This document shows, one piece after another, positions 24,028-36,399 of a stretch of 64,000 nucleotides of DNA. The stretch covers positions 1,212,629 through 1,276,628 of the forward strand of contig RHPI01002048.1 of assembly GCA_009103225.1 (NCBI GenBank). The letters run 5' to 3'. The notes under the pieces are model-generated. The model saw only the letters and a list, made by a program, of their open reading frames with translations, did not search any database and had not been told where the DNA came from. The DNA comes from Chlorokybus atmophyticus (Eukaryota; Plantae; Mesostigma and Chlorokybus algae). The position numbers were made by a program, and so were the translations under genes. Every line of letters begins with the position of its first letter. Positions within the stretch are counted from its first letter, which is position 1.

Positions 24028-26130
24028 TTACCGTCCGGGTGCGGACACATCACTCCAGTACGCCCGAAGAATCTCATGGCAGTTGGTAAGATTCCTTTCA
24101 GGTTCCCACGTGTCGTGTTCAACACCATACCCTTTCCATTTCACCAAGTAAGTCGGCGCGCGTCCGCGTCGGGGCTTACGGTGACTCAAGATTGCTTCCA
24201 CCTCATACTCGATAGTATCAACGCCATCCACTGCGACAGGGGGTGGAGGAGATTGAACCCGACCATCTGAACAATACGGTTTCAGTACACTCACATGACA
24301 CGTTATGTATACGTGTGGATTGTGGTAACTCCAAACGATACGCGTGAGTGCCGACACGATCAACCACTTTGAAGGGGTCTATCCAGCCAGGGAAAAACTC
24401 TCGGGTACTCACTCCCTTAATGGATATGTTTTCAGTGCTCAAAACCACCGAATTGCCCACATCATAGTCAGCCTGCCTGCGATGCTTATCAGCTTAGGCT
24501 TTTTGTCTGTCTTGCGTTGTGCGCAGACAGCTCTTTGCCAACGCTAACCTGTCTTGCATGGCTGCAGCCATCTCGCGCGCTGCAGGCACGCGAGTCAAGT
24601 CGTTAGCCGGCAACTTAATATATGCAAGCCTTTGTGGATGCACTCCGTTATTTTAAGAAAAACGGAGTTTCCTTGCACACTCTCTTGCCATGCATTGTTA
24701 ATTGCGAATCCAGCCATTGGAAGATAAATATCCCAATCAGACTGATTCGGATTCACATAATGCCGAATGGTTTCCTCTATCACTTGATTGGTGCTTTTAG
24801 TCTGACCATCAATCTGCGGATGATAAGCGGTACTCATGTGCTGCTGTATCTGCAGGAAGTTGCATAGCAACTTCCAAAATTGAGCCATAAACCTCGTGTC
24901 ACGGTTAGAGACAATGTTGCGAGGCAAGCCATGCAACATGAACACTGACGCGACAAAAACCATCGCTAGATCAAGGAGCCTATCTCCGTACGGCAAGGAA
25001 CAATGTGAATCATTTTGGTCAAACGATCCACAAATATTGCAACCGCAGTATGACCCAACGCTGTCTCAGGGAGCTCAATGATGAGGTCCATACTCACACT
25101 TTCCCACTTACTGTCAGGAACTGGTAACGGCCGCAGTAGCCCAGCGGGCTTTTGACGTAAACGGTTTGTCACGTTGACATTTGTCACATGTGTCCACATA
25201 CCGCTTCACATTAGCAGGCAACGATGGCCACCATTACAACTGTTGCGCTGCCTTAGTAGTCTTGCGACTACAAAATTGCCCAGCGTAAGGTGGATCGTGT
25301 ATATCCGCTATGCCTTTTACACGCGGTTCAGCATGGTCAGGTATGACAAAACTGTTGCTCATGTAACACAGATTGTCACGTTAGTCAAACTGTGGTAAGT
25401 TGTCTGCAATAGAAAACCACGGGTCCAAAGTGTACCCCTATACAACAATTTGCACAAACTTATCATCGGGAGACAATGTGGTGCGTATAGCAAGTAATTG
25501 CGCGCGCATCACCGCCAGTAATGACGGGCAGCGACTAAAAGGGTCAGCCACATTGGTTCTGCCCGGCCGATACACCCAATTAAAGGTGAACCTGGACAAA
25601 AACTCATTCCAGCGCGCTTGCCGTCTCGACAAATTTTGCTGTGTTGAAAAATACACCAACGGGTTGAGATCAGTCACAACAGCGAACTGAACACCCTCTA
25701 AGTGACATCTCCATGAACTATACCCAATAGTTCTTGCTCTGTCGTAGTGCAGTTCACCTCTGCAGGAATGAACTTCCTACTCTCGTAAGCAAAAGGTCTG
25801 CCATCTTGCAACAGTACCGCACCACACCCAAGTGTTGATCGTCACTAACCAATGTGAAGTGTTTGTCCCAATCTGGCAGTGCTCACACCGGCGCCGATGT
25901 TAAAGCCAACTTCACCTTTTGCGTAGCAGCTTCTTGTGCTGTTGTCCAAGTGAACGGGGCATCTTTACGCAACAGTTTGGTCAAAGGCATGACAATTGTC
26001 GAGTACCCCATCATGAACTTGCGAAAGTAGTTTGCCAACCCTAGAAATGACCTTCGTTAATGGACATTCTGAGGTTGGGGCCACTCTTGCACAACCTGTA
26101 CTTTGCGAGGGTTAGGCTTGATACTCGCAC
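24028..26130 (-). pseudogene. pol: Outer family B pol remnant (RT end, RNase H, integrase, chromodomain)
   Basis: Chromodomain [11 protein letters not shown]...[21 protein letters not shown]; integrase AYHPQIDGQT; RNase H QARWNEFL. Stops abruptly at the LTR starting at 26131. Confidence 0.9.
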
Positions 26131-26480
26131 TGTCAGGAGAGGGGGTGCTCCCTCCTCCCTTCAGTCCCCTACCCCAACACCAGCCACGTCGCCCACGCCG
26201 CCGCCGCTTGGGGCAATCGCCGAAGCAGAAGATCCCTTGGCTATGGCGGCCGCTGCGTTAGCAGCGCCGCCATGCGGCTGATATCGATATGAAACTCTGT
26301 CTCATGTCGATATCAGTATTACAGATATGTAACACTACATTAGGGCCTTAACATAGGTTAACGGCCCTAATACGGCCTAATAGGCTGTATCATCCCGTTG
26401 GGACCCTTATTTAATAGAGGTTCCCCGCCCATTTTCCTAAAATGGGCGGGGAGCCTCAATGAAGGTAGCACACCGTTACA
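26131..26480 (-). repeat. Internal 3' LTR of a related family B element (350 bp) followed by a PPT
   Basis: TGTCAG...GTTACA; homologous to 23588-23904; ttgcccccca PPT at 26481. Confidence 0.88.
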
Positions 26481-26499
26481 TTGCCCCCCACTTAGGTTT

Positions 26500-29400
26500 C
26501 AATGTCCTCATTAAAGGGTTAGCAAACCCCCCCCACGAGTAAAGGAATGAAAGTAGTAAGAGAATCAGGGCCGAAGCGGTAAAGATGTTTGCCAGCACCC
26601 TTTTACCGTCCGCGTGTGGACACAGTACTCCAGTACCCTCGAAGAATCTCCTGGCAGTTGGTAAGATTCCTTTCGGGCTCCCATGCATTGTGCTCAACAC
26701 CATACCCTTTCCATTTCACCAAGGAAGACGGTGCGCGTCCGCGTCGAGGCTTACGATGACTCAGATTGCTTCCACCTCATACTCGAATGTATCGTCGCCA
26801 TCCATTGCAACGGGGGGTGGAGGAGGTTGAACCCGATCGTCAGAACGGTACGGTTTCGGTACACTCACATGAAACACATTGTGAATGCGTATCGATTTTA
26901 GCAAGTCTAAACGATACGCGAACGATACGTGAGTGCCGACCCGATCATTCACATTGAACGGGCCTATGCAGCGAGGGAAAAACTTGCGGGTACCCACTCC
27001 CTTGATGGATATGTCTTTAGTGCTGAGAAGCACCGAACAGCCCACATCGTAGTTGGCCTCTCTACGATGCGCATCAGCATGGGCTTTTTATCTGTTTTGC
27101 GCTGCGTGTAAATAGTCCTTTGCCAACGCTAACCTATCCTGCATGGCCGAAGCCATCTCGCGTGGTGCAGGTACGTGAGTTATGTCGGTAGCGGGCAACT
27201 TAATGTTTGCAGGACTCAGTGGATGCACTCCATAATTCAAGAAAAATGGAGTTACCTGCACACTCTCTTGCCATGCATTGTTAATCGTGAACTCAGCCAT
27301 TGGGAGATAAACATCCCAATCTGATTGGTTCGAATTCACATAATGCCGGATGGTTTGCTCAATCACTTGATTGGCGCGCTCTGTCTGACCATCCGTATGT
27401 GGATGGTAAGCTGTGCTCGTGTTCTGTTGAATATGTCAGAAGCTGCATAGCGACTTCCAGAACTGAGCTACAAATCGCGGATTGCGATCAGACACGAAGT
27501 TACAAGGCAAGCCATGTAACTCAAACATAGAGGCGACACAAACCATAGCTAACTCACGGGAGCCTATTTCCGTGCGGCAAGGGACAATGTGAACCATTTT
27601 TGTTAAACGCTTCACAAAAACTGCAACCGCAGTGTGCCCTAATGCTGTCTCCGAGAGCTCAGTAGTTGGGTCCATTCACACTTTCCCATTTGCCATCAAG
27701 AACAGGCATAGGTCGCAGCAACCGAGCGGGTTTCTGACGTAACGACTTTACGCTGACATTTGTCACATGTGTCAACATAATGCTTCACGTTAACAGGCAA
27801 CAATGGCCACCAGTATAACTGTTGCGCTGCCTTAGTAGTCTTGCGACCCCCAAAGTGCCCAGCATACGGTGGATCGTGTACTTCAGCTATGCATTTTATG
27901 CGCAACCCAGCATGATCAGGTATCACCAAGCTGGCGCTCAATAATACAAGTTATCTCTTTTGTCAAGCTTTTGTGCATTCTCTTGTATAGAGAACCATGG
28001 GTCAAATGCATACCCCTGTAAAACAGCTTGCACAAACTCATCATCGGGAGGCAATGTACCCTGCGTTGCAAGCAACTGCGCACGCATAACTGCCAACAAT
28101 GACGGACAGCGACTCAGAGGATCTGCCATGTTGCTTCTGCCCGGCCGGTATACCCATTCAAAGGTAAACCGCGACAGGAACTTATTCCAGCGAGCTTGCC
28201 TACGCGACAAGTTTAGCTGTGTTTAGAAGTACACTAACGGGTTGTGATCAGTCACCACTGTGAACTGAACTCCCTCCAAGTAACATCGCCATGTTTCAAG
28301 AGCATGCACTATACCAAGCAATTCCTGCTCAGTGGTAGTGTAGTTCACCTCTGCTGGGATGAATTTCCTACTCTCATAAGCACATGGTCGGCCATCCTGT
28401 AGCAATACTGCACCACACCCAAGGGTGGAGGCATCGCTAATAACAGTGAAGTGTTTATCCCAATTTAGCAATGCCAATACTGGTGCCGAAGTCAAAGCCA
28501 GCTTCACTTGTTGCATAGCAGCCTCTTGTGCTGCTGTCCAAGAAAATGGGGCATCCTTTCGCAACAGTTTTATCAAAGGCACCACAACTGTAGAGTACCC
28601 CATCATAAACTTGCGAAAGTAGTTTGCCAACCCCAAGAATGATCGCAACTGATGGAAATCCTTAGGTTGAGGCCAATCTTTTACCACTTGCACTTTGCGA
28701 GGGTCAGGTTTGACACCCGCACCACTCACAGTATGCCCTAAGAATGGCAACTCTGTTCTGCAAAAGTCACACTTTAACAAGTTGGCAAACAAGCGATGTG
28801 TACGCAGCAAGGCGAACACCGCTTCCAAGTGCTGCTTATGCTCTTCCTTGGTTTTACTAAAGACAATGATGTCATCCAAGTAAACCATAACATACTTGCC
28901 AAGTATGCCACCAAAAATCTTATTCATTTCCTTTTGAAACACTGCGGGCGCATTAGTCAATCCAAAAGGTAACACTTTGTACTTATAATGGCCCGAAGGT
29001 GTTCGGAATGCTGTCTTATAAACATCAAAAGGATGAATCCGGATTTGATGATACCCACTTGTCAAGTCCATCGTACTAAAGTACGCATTTCCCGACAGTT
29101 TATCAAACACATCATCAATCCGGGGCAACGGGTATCGATTCTTTACCGTGATCTTGTTCAAAGCACGGTAATCCACACACATGCGTAGCTTTCCATTCTT
29201 TTTCATCACAAACAAGATGGGCGCGCCAAAGGGTGAAGAACTCGGTTCAATCAATCCCTTTTCTAATAACTCTTTGATTCGAGTTTCCATTTCCCCCCTC
29301 TCTCGGGGGCTCAGCCTATATATAGGCCGAAACGGAGGCTCACTACCAGGAAGTAATGGTATTGTGTGTCCGACACCTCGATTAGGGGGTAAGCCTGGCA

Positions 29401-29950
29401 ACTCTTTTGTGAATATGTCCTGGTGTTTCTCAATGATGTCTGCAACACCTTCCGTACTGCCTGGCACAAAGTCATCAGACGATGTTAAGTGCACAAAAAA
29501 AGCCGGTGTGTTTTTACGCAACGCACGCTTCACTTGCAGTACAGTGAGAAGCGCGGGGTCAGATTGCTTATGTACCAAGCTATGGGACCCTCTCACAGAC
29601 AGCGTCACTCGCCTACAACCCTTGTTAACTGTGCACAATCGTGCACTAGTATCCGATGTCATATTGACACTTTCCTGCCATTCCTGTCCGAGTACCGCAT
29701 CAACACCAGTTATGTTGATGGACACCACTATGAAGGTGAGGTTGGCATGATAGCTACAATCTTTATCTTCATTTCAACTTGTCCTTTCACTGGCAACGCA
29801 CCCCCCGCACCGGCAGCTGAAAATGCAGAGGGTTTACACGCTATCTTGTTGCGCACAACTCATTGTTCCTTAACGAAATTGTGTGTTGCACCAGTGTCAA
29901 CCAAGAACAAACTATTACGAACTATTTACACCTTGCATTGTGCCACTAAA
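26500..29950 (-). pseudogene. pol: Inner family B pol (protease, RT, RNase H, integrase, chromodomain); 501-aa open RT/RNase H stretch at 28223-29728
   Basis: FLVDTGATHNF; LPFGLTNAPAVF; YLDDIIVF; SDAS; TDHNPL; chromodomain EYEVEAI. Confidence 0.93.
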
Positions 29951-30369
29951 TATCCACAACAGAGGTACAACCCGTCGTTGAAATGTAGCCAAGAGTCCGT
30001 GACTAATGCGAGGGTTGAGTAAAATCGCTGACAATCGCACTGTCCTTGTTTCACGCTTGCTAAGCTGCTTCAACACAGTTCCCCCTTGAGTGTGTTTTAA
30101 TCATGGGCCATGATATTTAGGCACCATCACTACCACACTTAAGGTTGTGTGCTTACTTTGCAACTCAGTCAAAGTGTGCAACACATCGGTAAGCATGTTA
30201 AACTTTACATGTACCAACACACAAGCATTCTCTTCCAATTTTTCAACATCACAAAGTGGCAACTTGCTATGTGCTTGCCATGCATGTGTCATTACATGCA
30301 CTTGGAACATCTCATCAAACCAGTTTGCTACTAGTACAAGCAACTGGGTATCAACCACTTCAACATCAG

Positions 30370-31342
30370 TCACGACGTAATCGATTCAACCTTCTTGGCC
30401 TTGCCCTTCCCCTTGGTTGAGCAGTTCTTCGCAATGTGACCTTGCTGATGGCACACGTAGCAGGCGCGTGCCGCAATAGGCGTAGCACCACTCGCAGGTG
30501 CGTATGAGGTCTTGGCCTTTTTCGCCGCATGCAAACTTGGTGGAGGGAACCGCTTCCCCCCTCCCCTATGTGGCTTGACTGAAGCCACCACCTGAGACTT
30601 GTCCTGCACAGCCGCAGCATCGTCGTTGAACCGATACACACTCAACCTTTGCAAGGTTGCGAGGTCCGCGGGAACCCACGGTTGCCCCGTCGACGTGTTG
30701 TATCGCAACTGGTCGCGCAAGCGCGCATCTAAGCCGCGCTTGTACAAGTCGAACTGCTTAGCCTTGTCCATGGGCTTGAGCCCACTGTTGACACAGCCAA
30801 CAAGTGCCTGAAACTCCTGCAAGTACACTAAAGCCGCTCGACCATTCTGTCGCAGCTTGGTAAGCTTGTTGCGAGCAGCAGTAGCCGGGTCCATGCCACC
30901 GTAGCGCTCCACCAAGAACTGAAACAATGCCTCCACATCCTTGAAAGCCATTCTCTGTTTGACGTGCCCACTCGGCCAAAGCGTCAGGTGGCATGAGCAA
31001 CTCAGCAACAAATGTATGCTCACTAACTGGTCGCTGAAGTGCAGCCAAGTAGCGCTTCACATTCACCACCTGATCACGAATGTTCACAGCCCCATTGGGC
31101 TTGAACTTCTTGGGCTTGTTCAGCGCTGTGACGGGTAGGCCAACTGATGTCCCTGCCACAATTGTGGTAGCCCCGGCCATTTGCTGGCGTAATGCCACCA
31201 ACTCGGACTGCATAGCATCGAGTGAAAACAAGCGCTCTTCGCGAGCGAACTTCTCCTCCAGCTCAGGCCCCAAGTACCCGAAGAGGTCCTTGCAACGCTT
31301 CTGAGTTTTCACCGTTAATAAGGTGAGAGCCTCGAACGCCAT
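30370..31342 (-). pseudogene. gag: gag of family B with zinc knuckle (frameshifted)
   Basis: KLTKLRQNG, YLQEFQAL, YKRGLDARLR, CYVCHQQGHIAKNC. Confidence 0.9.
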
Positions 31343-32249
31343 CCTCAGGAAAGGATACGGGCCTAATTTGTTAACAAGTCCATCTCATATGCATTACAAA
31401 CTTGCTGCGCCCACTCATCCCACACTTCCTTGCGAAGCTGGGGGTGTGCGGCAAGAAGAGCCTCACGCTCTGATGCGTACTTTGCTATGGCCGCCCCAAT
31501 GATGCTCTGAGCGTCCATAGATTGTTCATCATGAGAGGACTTCTTTGAAAAAGCTTCGCCACTCTTGAACTTGGCTTCTTCCTCCTCACTGACATTGTAA
31601 CTACCACTTGTTTTCGAGTGCTTCACTTCCTCATCACTTGATGGCTCATAGGATGAATCCTCAGGAACGGGAAACATCCCGCCTTCCTCTCCTTGGTAAC
31701 ACAGCTGCCCAAGGAGACAAGCCGTCAATAAGTTGCAAGTGCACGAGTGCACAAGCACACGAGTTGAGCACTCAAAAAGTGTTAAAATGTTTTGTTTATT
31801 TCTCGTTTATTTCAAGGTGCTATACTCGGGCTAAGCAGCACGTACAATGACTGCCCAACACCTTTCAACAAGACGCTTGCTTGTAAACAAACCGTACGCG
31901 AATCCACGCGACGGTTCACAAGCTACAACAACTCAAAGTTTTTACTTTGTACAACCCTGCTCAACTCACAATTGTAAATGACACAAAAGGTGCCAAACTC
32001 TTGTTGAATCAGCCCTACAGGCTAATATCAACAAGTTGTGAGTCGCGGGTTTGATATCAATTACTCAAAATAAATATGGCGGCCCTACCGAACTGAATGG
32101 CGGCCAAACCGCCCAAGTTGGCATTAAATTGCTTTCTTGGGGTGGGAGAAGTGTAAACAACCACACACCCCCCCCCCTTACACCACCACGAATTCACGTG
32201 GTGGCAGCCCCAACCACGAGCACACTCACAAGTAATAATGTGATAATTA

Positions 32250-35179
32250 CAGTCAGACGCCGATATAAGCATCCCTTATATTCTGAGCAGTTGTATGCTT
32301 CTAAACGTCTTATGCAACTACTGACATAAGCATATTATATGTTACTATCAGGCAAGCGGGACTATTACGAGCATAATATATGCTCTTATCGGCGCAGGCT
32401 TTTACAGGCAAAAGCTATGCTTTTCAATGTAAATATGTCATATGCGTGCACACATGAAATAATGCATGAATAAGCAAGCTATGTGCTACATTACAACAAG
32501 CAATGTGCTTATCAATTCTTAAATAGAGGCTGTTTCGATTACACGTCCTCCTCCTCGCTCATAATCGCATTATCATTAACAACGAAGAAGTTATCTAAAG
32601 TAGTTTGCTGTCGTGCGTCGCGTGCGCCAAACACCTGGATATGGATGAGCTTAGAACGCAGTTTACGCAATGCCAACTGCTCGATTTCTGTAAAGTTCTC
32701 CGCGTGAGAGACGAGATAAGCTTCAAACTTGTTGAGCGCATCCATGCCCTCTTCAAGCGAAACAGGCGGAGGTGGTACACTGTCAAAGTCCTCGTCATCT
32801 GCTTGCAAACGCAATCAACTTTGCCACAAGCACCAAGCATTACAATGTGCACGCAAGACAGGCCTGTTATTACCTTCTCCAGCAATCACATTATCATTAG
32901 TTTCCTCAGGCTGCAGCTCCACCCCCACACTAGCAAGAACTGCCTCATCAGAGTATTCTGGCTCTGTGGGGAAATGAGCATCAGCTGCCAAGTACTCCTC
33001 AACTGTTGGCAAGTCATCAGCTGGAAGTTCAAGCCTGCTCATCAAGTCCCAAAGGTCGTCAAGGTCCTGCATTTGTCACTCCTTTCTGTTAGGTGGGGCA
33101 TATGCGCGCATGAGCATTGTCATATGCATGCGTGTACCGTTGATGATGCAGCTATTGTTGAAGGCTCGCTATAAGCACGCGTCTCAGATGCCCATGCTTG
33201 AGGAATGATACGTGTATGGCGCCAGCGATTGCGTATGGTTGAGGGAGTGACTTCGCCCCATGCCTCCTTGCTCCACATGATTGCATCACGTGCATTGACC
33301 GGCACTTTCCTTAAGTCCATGGTGGGGTCAGCTTCGTGGTGCTGAAGCATGTGTGCTAGTAGCTTGCGCTTGTACCTAAGATGAGCTTTACACTGTTCAG
33401 TGTGAGCGTATGACAGCACCATGCATGTCGTCTTACCTCATCTTGTACGCGGCAATGATGCCGGCATCAAGCGGTTGCACCTCTGAAGTTGTGTTTGCTG
33501 GCAAGAACAAGCAAGTCAGGTGCGACAACTTCAAGGTCTTGAAACCTTTGTTGTTGCCTGTCACGGCGTTCGCGCACTGATTTGTTGACGAGTTGTCCAA
33601 CAGCAACAGCACCTTGCGCTTGGCCTGCTCCATCTCATGGTTGAAGCCAATCAACCAAGTCGTGAACACCTGCAAACAGCACAAGCGTGAGTACATAATG
33701 CACCACCACCATGGTGATGCACACCTACACTCAACAACTTTCCGCTTGCGCTAGCTGCAAAGCACAAGCGCTTATAACACGAGTGCAGCACGCGCGCACG
33801 CACGCACACACAACACAAGTGCTGCACACGCACAATACAAGTGCAGCACGCACATGGATGCGCACAATGTAAGTGCAGCAGCACGTGTGCATGCACACAC
33901 AATAAGTGTTGCACACACAGCCATGCACATACAATACAAGTCATGTGCAGCTCGCGCACAAGCACAGTTGCTGTGCAGCATGCATATTACGTTTGCTACA
34001 CACCTTGTTGTTCATCCACGCGGTCTTGTTGTGCGTGTATAGAACGCCTATCTGGCTGGGACGCCATGCTCCAAAGCATTGTGGCTTCTTAGAGTTCCCA
34101 ATCACAATCATAGGGCGCTTGTCGCTGCCTGAAGCGTTGCAGCACAGCATGATCGTGAAGCGAGTGCGAGCTTTCTTGTAACCTTTGACCTTGTTGCCTA
34201 TCTTTGCCAACGTTCTCGATGGGCGCAGCCGAATGTATAGTATTGTCTCATCCATAATATAAACGTCCTCTGAGTCGAACTCAGCCAGAACTGCCATGAA
34301 TTTGCTTGGTTACATGATGCATGCATGGCGCATTAGCAAAGGTATGTGTGCACGTGACTGAACTTACCTTAAGGCAGATCCGTCAACGCATGCATGACTC
34401 CCGCTTGATCGGCATCTCCGCTTTCACCATGAGCGGTAAAGGGTTTGATGCCAAAACGACCCTTCCATCCCCGCAACCAACAGCTGGATACTGCAAATGT
34501 GTCTGGCAGCTTCATAAGGCTTGCGAAATTGCGCGCCTTCTCCGTCACGAGCAAGTCCGAGATGCATGCGTTGTTGGCCATTGCACGCTCAAACCACACA
34601 TTCAAGGCATTGTCAAGCTGTGGATGGTGGCCTAAACGCATGCGTTTGCTGCTAGTTGCCATGGGTCCCGCAGTGTTGGCACGCTCAATGATTGAATCAC
34701 CATCCTTTAGCAAGCGAGAAAGCACAGACTGGCATAGCTCAACATTAAGCTCTTTCCTAACCAATGCAAGCTGATCAGCCTGTTTCTTCACATGTTGATT
34801 GTTCCTGCACCATTCTACAATGTGTTTTTTATCTCCCAAACTCAATGCCGTACGTTTAGACGCCATGCCACCTGCTGTGCATTCTATGATCAGTGCCAGC
34901 ATGCAAACTTGATGGTACAAACACGTGCACTCCACAACATACACACACAATAGCCTTGGTGTTATTAACGAAAGAGACACACATGTATGCACATCAATGC
35001 ACGCAATTGCAAGCACACATTGCAAGCACACTGACTGTGAGTGCAGCGCAGGCCATTGCGCTCACAGTCAGTTTGTACAACATACAACATATACATTGCA
35101 CATACACACAAATGCACACAGTAAGGTGCAATGTCAGCGTCTTTGTTAGTTACCTTTGCTGCCTATAACGCCTCTCGTC

Positions 35180-35212
<33 letters not shown>

Positions 35213-35529
35213 AATGTTTGGACGCCACAGGCTGACGACACAGGCCGCCGCCAAAGTCACGCAACAGGCAAGAGAAGATATTGGTTAGAGGCATTCGTTA
35301 TCCATAGTAACTGCCTATTGCAATTGATTGTGGCAGAATCTCACTGATACAAGCATATACAGCCGGTATTTAGGCTTTTAGAACTATGTTACTACCGATA
35401 GTAACATTGCTTATATCGGTCATTGAGTAGTTGGAGGGACGTTGGTGACGCGGAAAATTATGCAAATAATTATGCAAATAATAATGGCGATATGTTTCTC
35501 ACGGTCATGCTTATATCAGCATCTGACTT
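32250..35529 (-). mobile_element. pogo/Tigger-like (Tc1/mariner) DNA transposon with 23-bp TIRs and TA TSD, inserted in the retroelement leader
   Basis: TA-cagtcagacgccgatataagcat at 32248-32272; atgcttatatcagcatctgactt-TA at 35507-35531. Confidence 0.92.
32539..34866 (-). pseudogene. Intron-containing pogo transposase (CENP-B HTH, HTH_Tnp_Tc5, DDE_1)
   Basis: MASKRTALSLGDKK; HPQLDNAL; MDET; RFTIMLCCNASGSDK; LLLDN; QPLDAGII. Predicted GT-AG introns at 34291-34367, 33670-34003, 33376-33436 and 33067-33137. In-frame TAA at 34369-34371. Confidence 0.9.
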
Positions 35530-35878
35530 TACAAGTGATGTGCTGGGATGCAATACTTGAGGTGAGGCTGCCTGAGTGGCCGCCTCCCCTTCACACTAAC
35601 AAGCTAGGCTAGGCCAGGCAAGCTAGGCTAGGCTAAGCAAGCAAGGCAAGGCAAGGCAAGGCTAGGCTACACCAACAGCAGCACTATACAACTATACAAC
35701 AACAACAACTAGCTAACAACTACCACTACCCACCCTAGTGGGTAGCGGCTGCTAGCTGCCGCCGCTGCCGCCGCTGTCAAGCCGCCGGCCTGACGTCGGC
35801 ACTGAGCAGTGCCGACTGCCGCCTTTGCGCCCCGCCGCCGTCAAAGCCGTCGCCGCCCCCCCGGGCCCCCACGCCCTC

Positions 35879-35890
35879 GCTCCGATACCA
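35879..35890 (-). promoter_or_regulatory. tRNA-iMet PBS of the family B element
   Basis: Minus strand TGGTATCGGAGC, 2 nt from the 5' LTR. Confidence 0.92.
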
Positions 35891-36399
35891 ATTGTAAGAA
35901 GAGGGGTGCTACTGCCCCCTATCCCCTACCCCAACACCACCACCACAGCAACGTCGCCGCCGCCGCTGGCAGCCAGGGGATCGAAAGATCCCCTGGCTAT
36001 GGCGATCGCTGCGTTAGCAGCGCCGTCATGCGGCCGATATTGATTTGAGACATGAGTCTCAAGTCGATATCGGTGTTACATAACATAACACCTTCTGAGG
36101 GTCTAGAAAGGCCCTCATACGACTCTAATGGCTGTGTTTATCCCGTTGGGACCCTTATTGCTCATTAAATAAGGGCGGGGAACCGCATAGCGATAGCACT
36201 CCCTTACAGATGTGGCCATTATTCAGTTCGAGAAAAGACGGCTACGACACTTAATTTGCACCAACAACTTTTTTTTCAAGGCAGCTGGCTACTAAACTAA
36301 GTTGTGGCTGCAGCAGGAAAAAGTGCAAAATTGATATGTTGCTTACATGTGGATCCATAAATAAGTTATAGCTGACTCTCCATTTAAGTCGTGGGCAAG

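Larger units (their letters stand above)
23588..36208 (-). mobile_element. Chromovirus family B, composite 12.6-kb insertion with two LTRs and a GATGT TSD
   Basis: LTRs 23588-23904 and 35893-36208; GATGT at 23583-23587 and 36209-36213; PPT at 23905; PBS at 35879-35890. Rejoining the flanks restores the sequence seen at about 15005-15040. Confidence 0.93.

Noticed and set aside
35600-35720. (CAAGG/CTAGG)n and (CAA)n tracts
   Set aside because: Simple sequence in the retroelement leader; no further structure evident.
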